Virus record (IMG/VR): IMGVR_UViG_2648501299_000001
Coordinates: 1 to 16,106 of that record
Direction: 5' to 3' (one strand)
Source of the DNA: a virus
Lineage: Duplodnaviria; Heunggongvirae; Uroviricota; Caudoviricetes
Length of the DNA: 16,106 bases
Shown here: piece after piece, positions 15,652 through 16,106 of the stretch
Numbering within the stretch: the first letter of the stretch is position 1
Layout: every line of letters starts with the position of its first letter
The notes under the pieces: model-generated
The model's database searches: none
What the model was told of the DNA's origin: nothing
Seen by the model: only the letters and a program-made list of their open reading frames with translations
Position numbers and translations under genes: made by a program

Positions 15652-16002
15652 ATGCCGCCACGAATCCCAAAAGCCTGCCGTGTTCGCGGTTGCCGCCATA
15701 CCACCACAGCTCCTTCCGGCTATTGCGAAAGCCACAAAAACGAAGGCTGGAAGCAATACAAGCCAGGACAATCCCGTCATCAGCGCGGCTACGGTTCGAA
15801 ATGGGATGCTATCCGTGAACGTGTGCTGCAACGTGACAAAGGCCTGTGTCAGTTATGTCTGCGTGCTGGTGTGGCGCGTGAAGCGAAAACCGTTGACCAC
15901 ATCATCCCTAAAGCACATGGCGGCACTGATGCCGACAGTAATCTGCAGAGTCTGTGCTGGCCGTGTCATAAGGCGAAGACGGCCCGTGAACGGCTAAAGT
16001 GA
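15652..16002 (+). CDS. HNH endonuclease (terminase-associated type)
   Basis: Cys/His pattern CRVRGC...C...H...CQLC...VDHIIPKAHGG.D...NLQSLCWPCHKAK, typical of the HNH nucleases found next to small-terminase genes and cos sites in HK97-like packaging modules. Confidence 0.85.
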   Translation: MPPRIPKACRVRGCRHTTTAPSGYCESHKNEGWKQYKPGQSRHQRGYGSKWDAIRERVLQRDKGLCQLCLRAGVAREAKTVDHIIPKAHGGTDADSNLQSLCWPCHKAKTARERLK

Positions 16003-16043
16003 TAATAATTCTCAACTGCCTAGTGATAATAATTCTCAACTGC
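15998..16043. repeat. Two perfect 22 bp direct repeats (AGTGATAATAATTCTCAACTGC) at the HNH 3' end
   Basis: Copies at 15998-16019 and 16022-16043, 2 bp apart. The first contains the HNH stop codon. Confidence 0.9.
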
Positions 16044-16052
16044 ATGGGGGGA

Positions 16053-16101
16053 GGGGCGGGTCAAATCTCTACAGCCCTGACTGTTCGGGACTGCCCGCCC
16101 C
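16053..16101. other. G/C-rich inverted repeat (GGGGCGGG ... CCCGCCCC); candidate cos/packaging recognition element
   Basis: GGGGCGGG at 16053-16060 and CCCGCCCC at 16094-16101, 33 bp apart, directly downstream of the HNH gene and direct repeats, where the cos site and terminase genes are expected. Confidence 0.35.
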
Positions 16102-16106
16102 ATCGT

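Noticed and set aside
15363-15997. ORFs 15363..15545 (-), 15627..15818 (+), 15643..15831 (-), 15680..15997 (+)
   Set aside because: 15363..15545 has no RBS and a low-complexity product. The others overlap the HNH endonuclease gene in other frames or antisense.
15998-16043. Possible CRISPR array (22 bp direct repeats)
   Set aside because: Only two copies, with a 2 bp spacer, and no cas genes. More consistent with a phage packaging or protein-binding repeat.

Overview
This window is a near-contiguous slice of a lambda-like (lambdoid) temperate phage or prophage from an enterobacterium, running from the early-left operon through the immunity, replication, nin and lysis regions to the packaging end. 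Minus strand, 16-4370: early-left operon with small accessory ORFs and a lambda-type Red module (exo, bet, gam; protein sequences match lambda as I recall them, with lambda-like overlaps). 4600-6830: immunity region with a LexA-type cI-like repressor, a divergent cro-like gene and repeated TTGCTATTG operator-like motifs on both flanks. Between cI and the leftward promoter lies an AT-rich insert (4875-5955) encoding an unrecognised ~286-305 aa protein, closed by a bidirectional hairpin terminator; this is the position that rexA/rexB occupy in lambda. Plus strand, 6830-16002: cro-like, CII/YdaT-like, O initiator with in-gene ori iterons, P, ren, an AT-rich TIR-domain gene inserted at the ren/nin junction, DLP12-like nin genes (ybcN-like, ninE, ybcO-like, rusA, ylcG-like), a Q-position protein, a late-promoter/terminator region, the lysis cassette (holin, R, Rz/Rz1), a KilA-N protein, an 85 aa ORF and an HNH endonuclease followed by direct and inverted repeats that likely mark the cos/packaging site. 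No rRNA, tRNA or CRISPR array was found. The two best candidates for an undescribed accessory or defence function are the lone TIR-domain gene (9724-10536) and the cI-downstream cassette (4875-5955). Product calls rest on reading the translations and on recalled family features; none was checked against a database.
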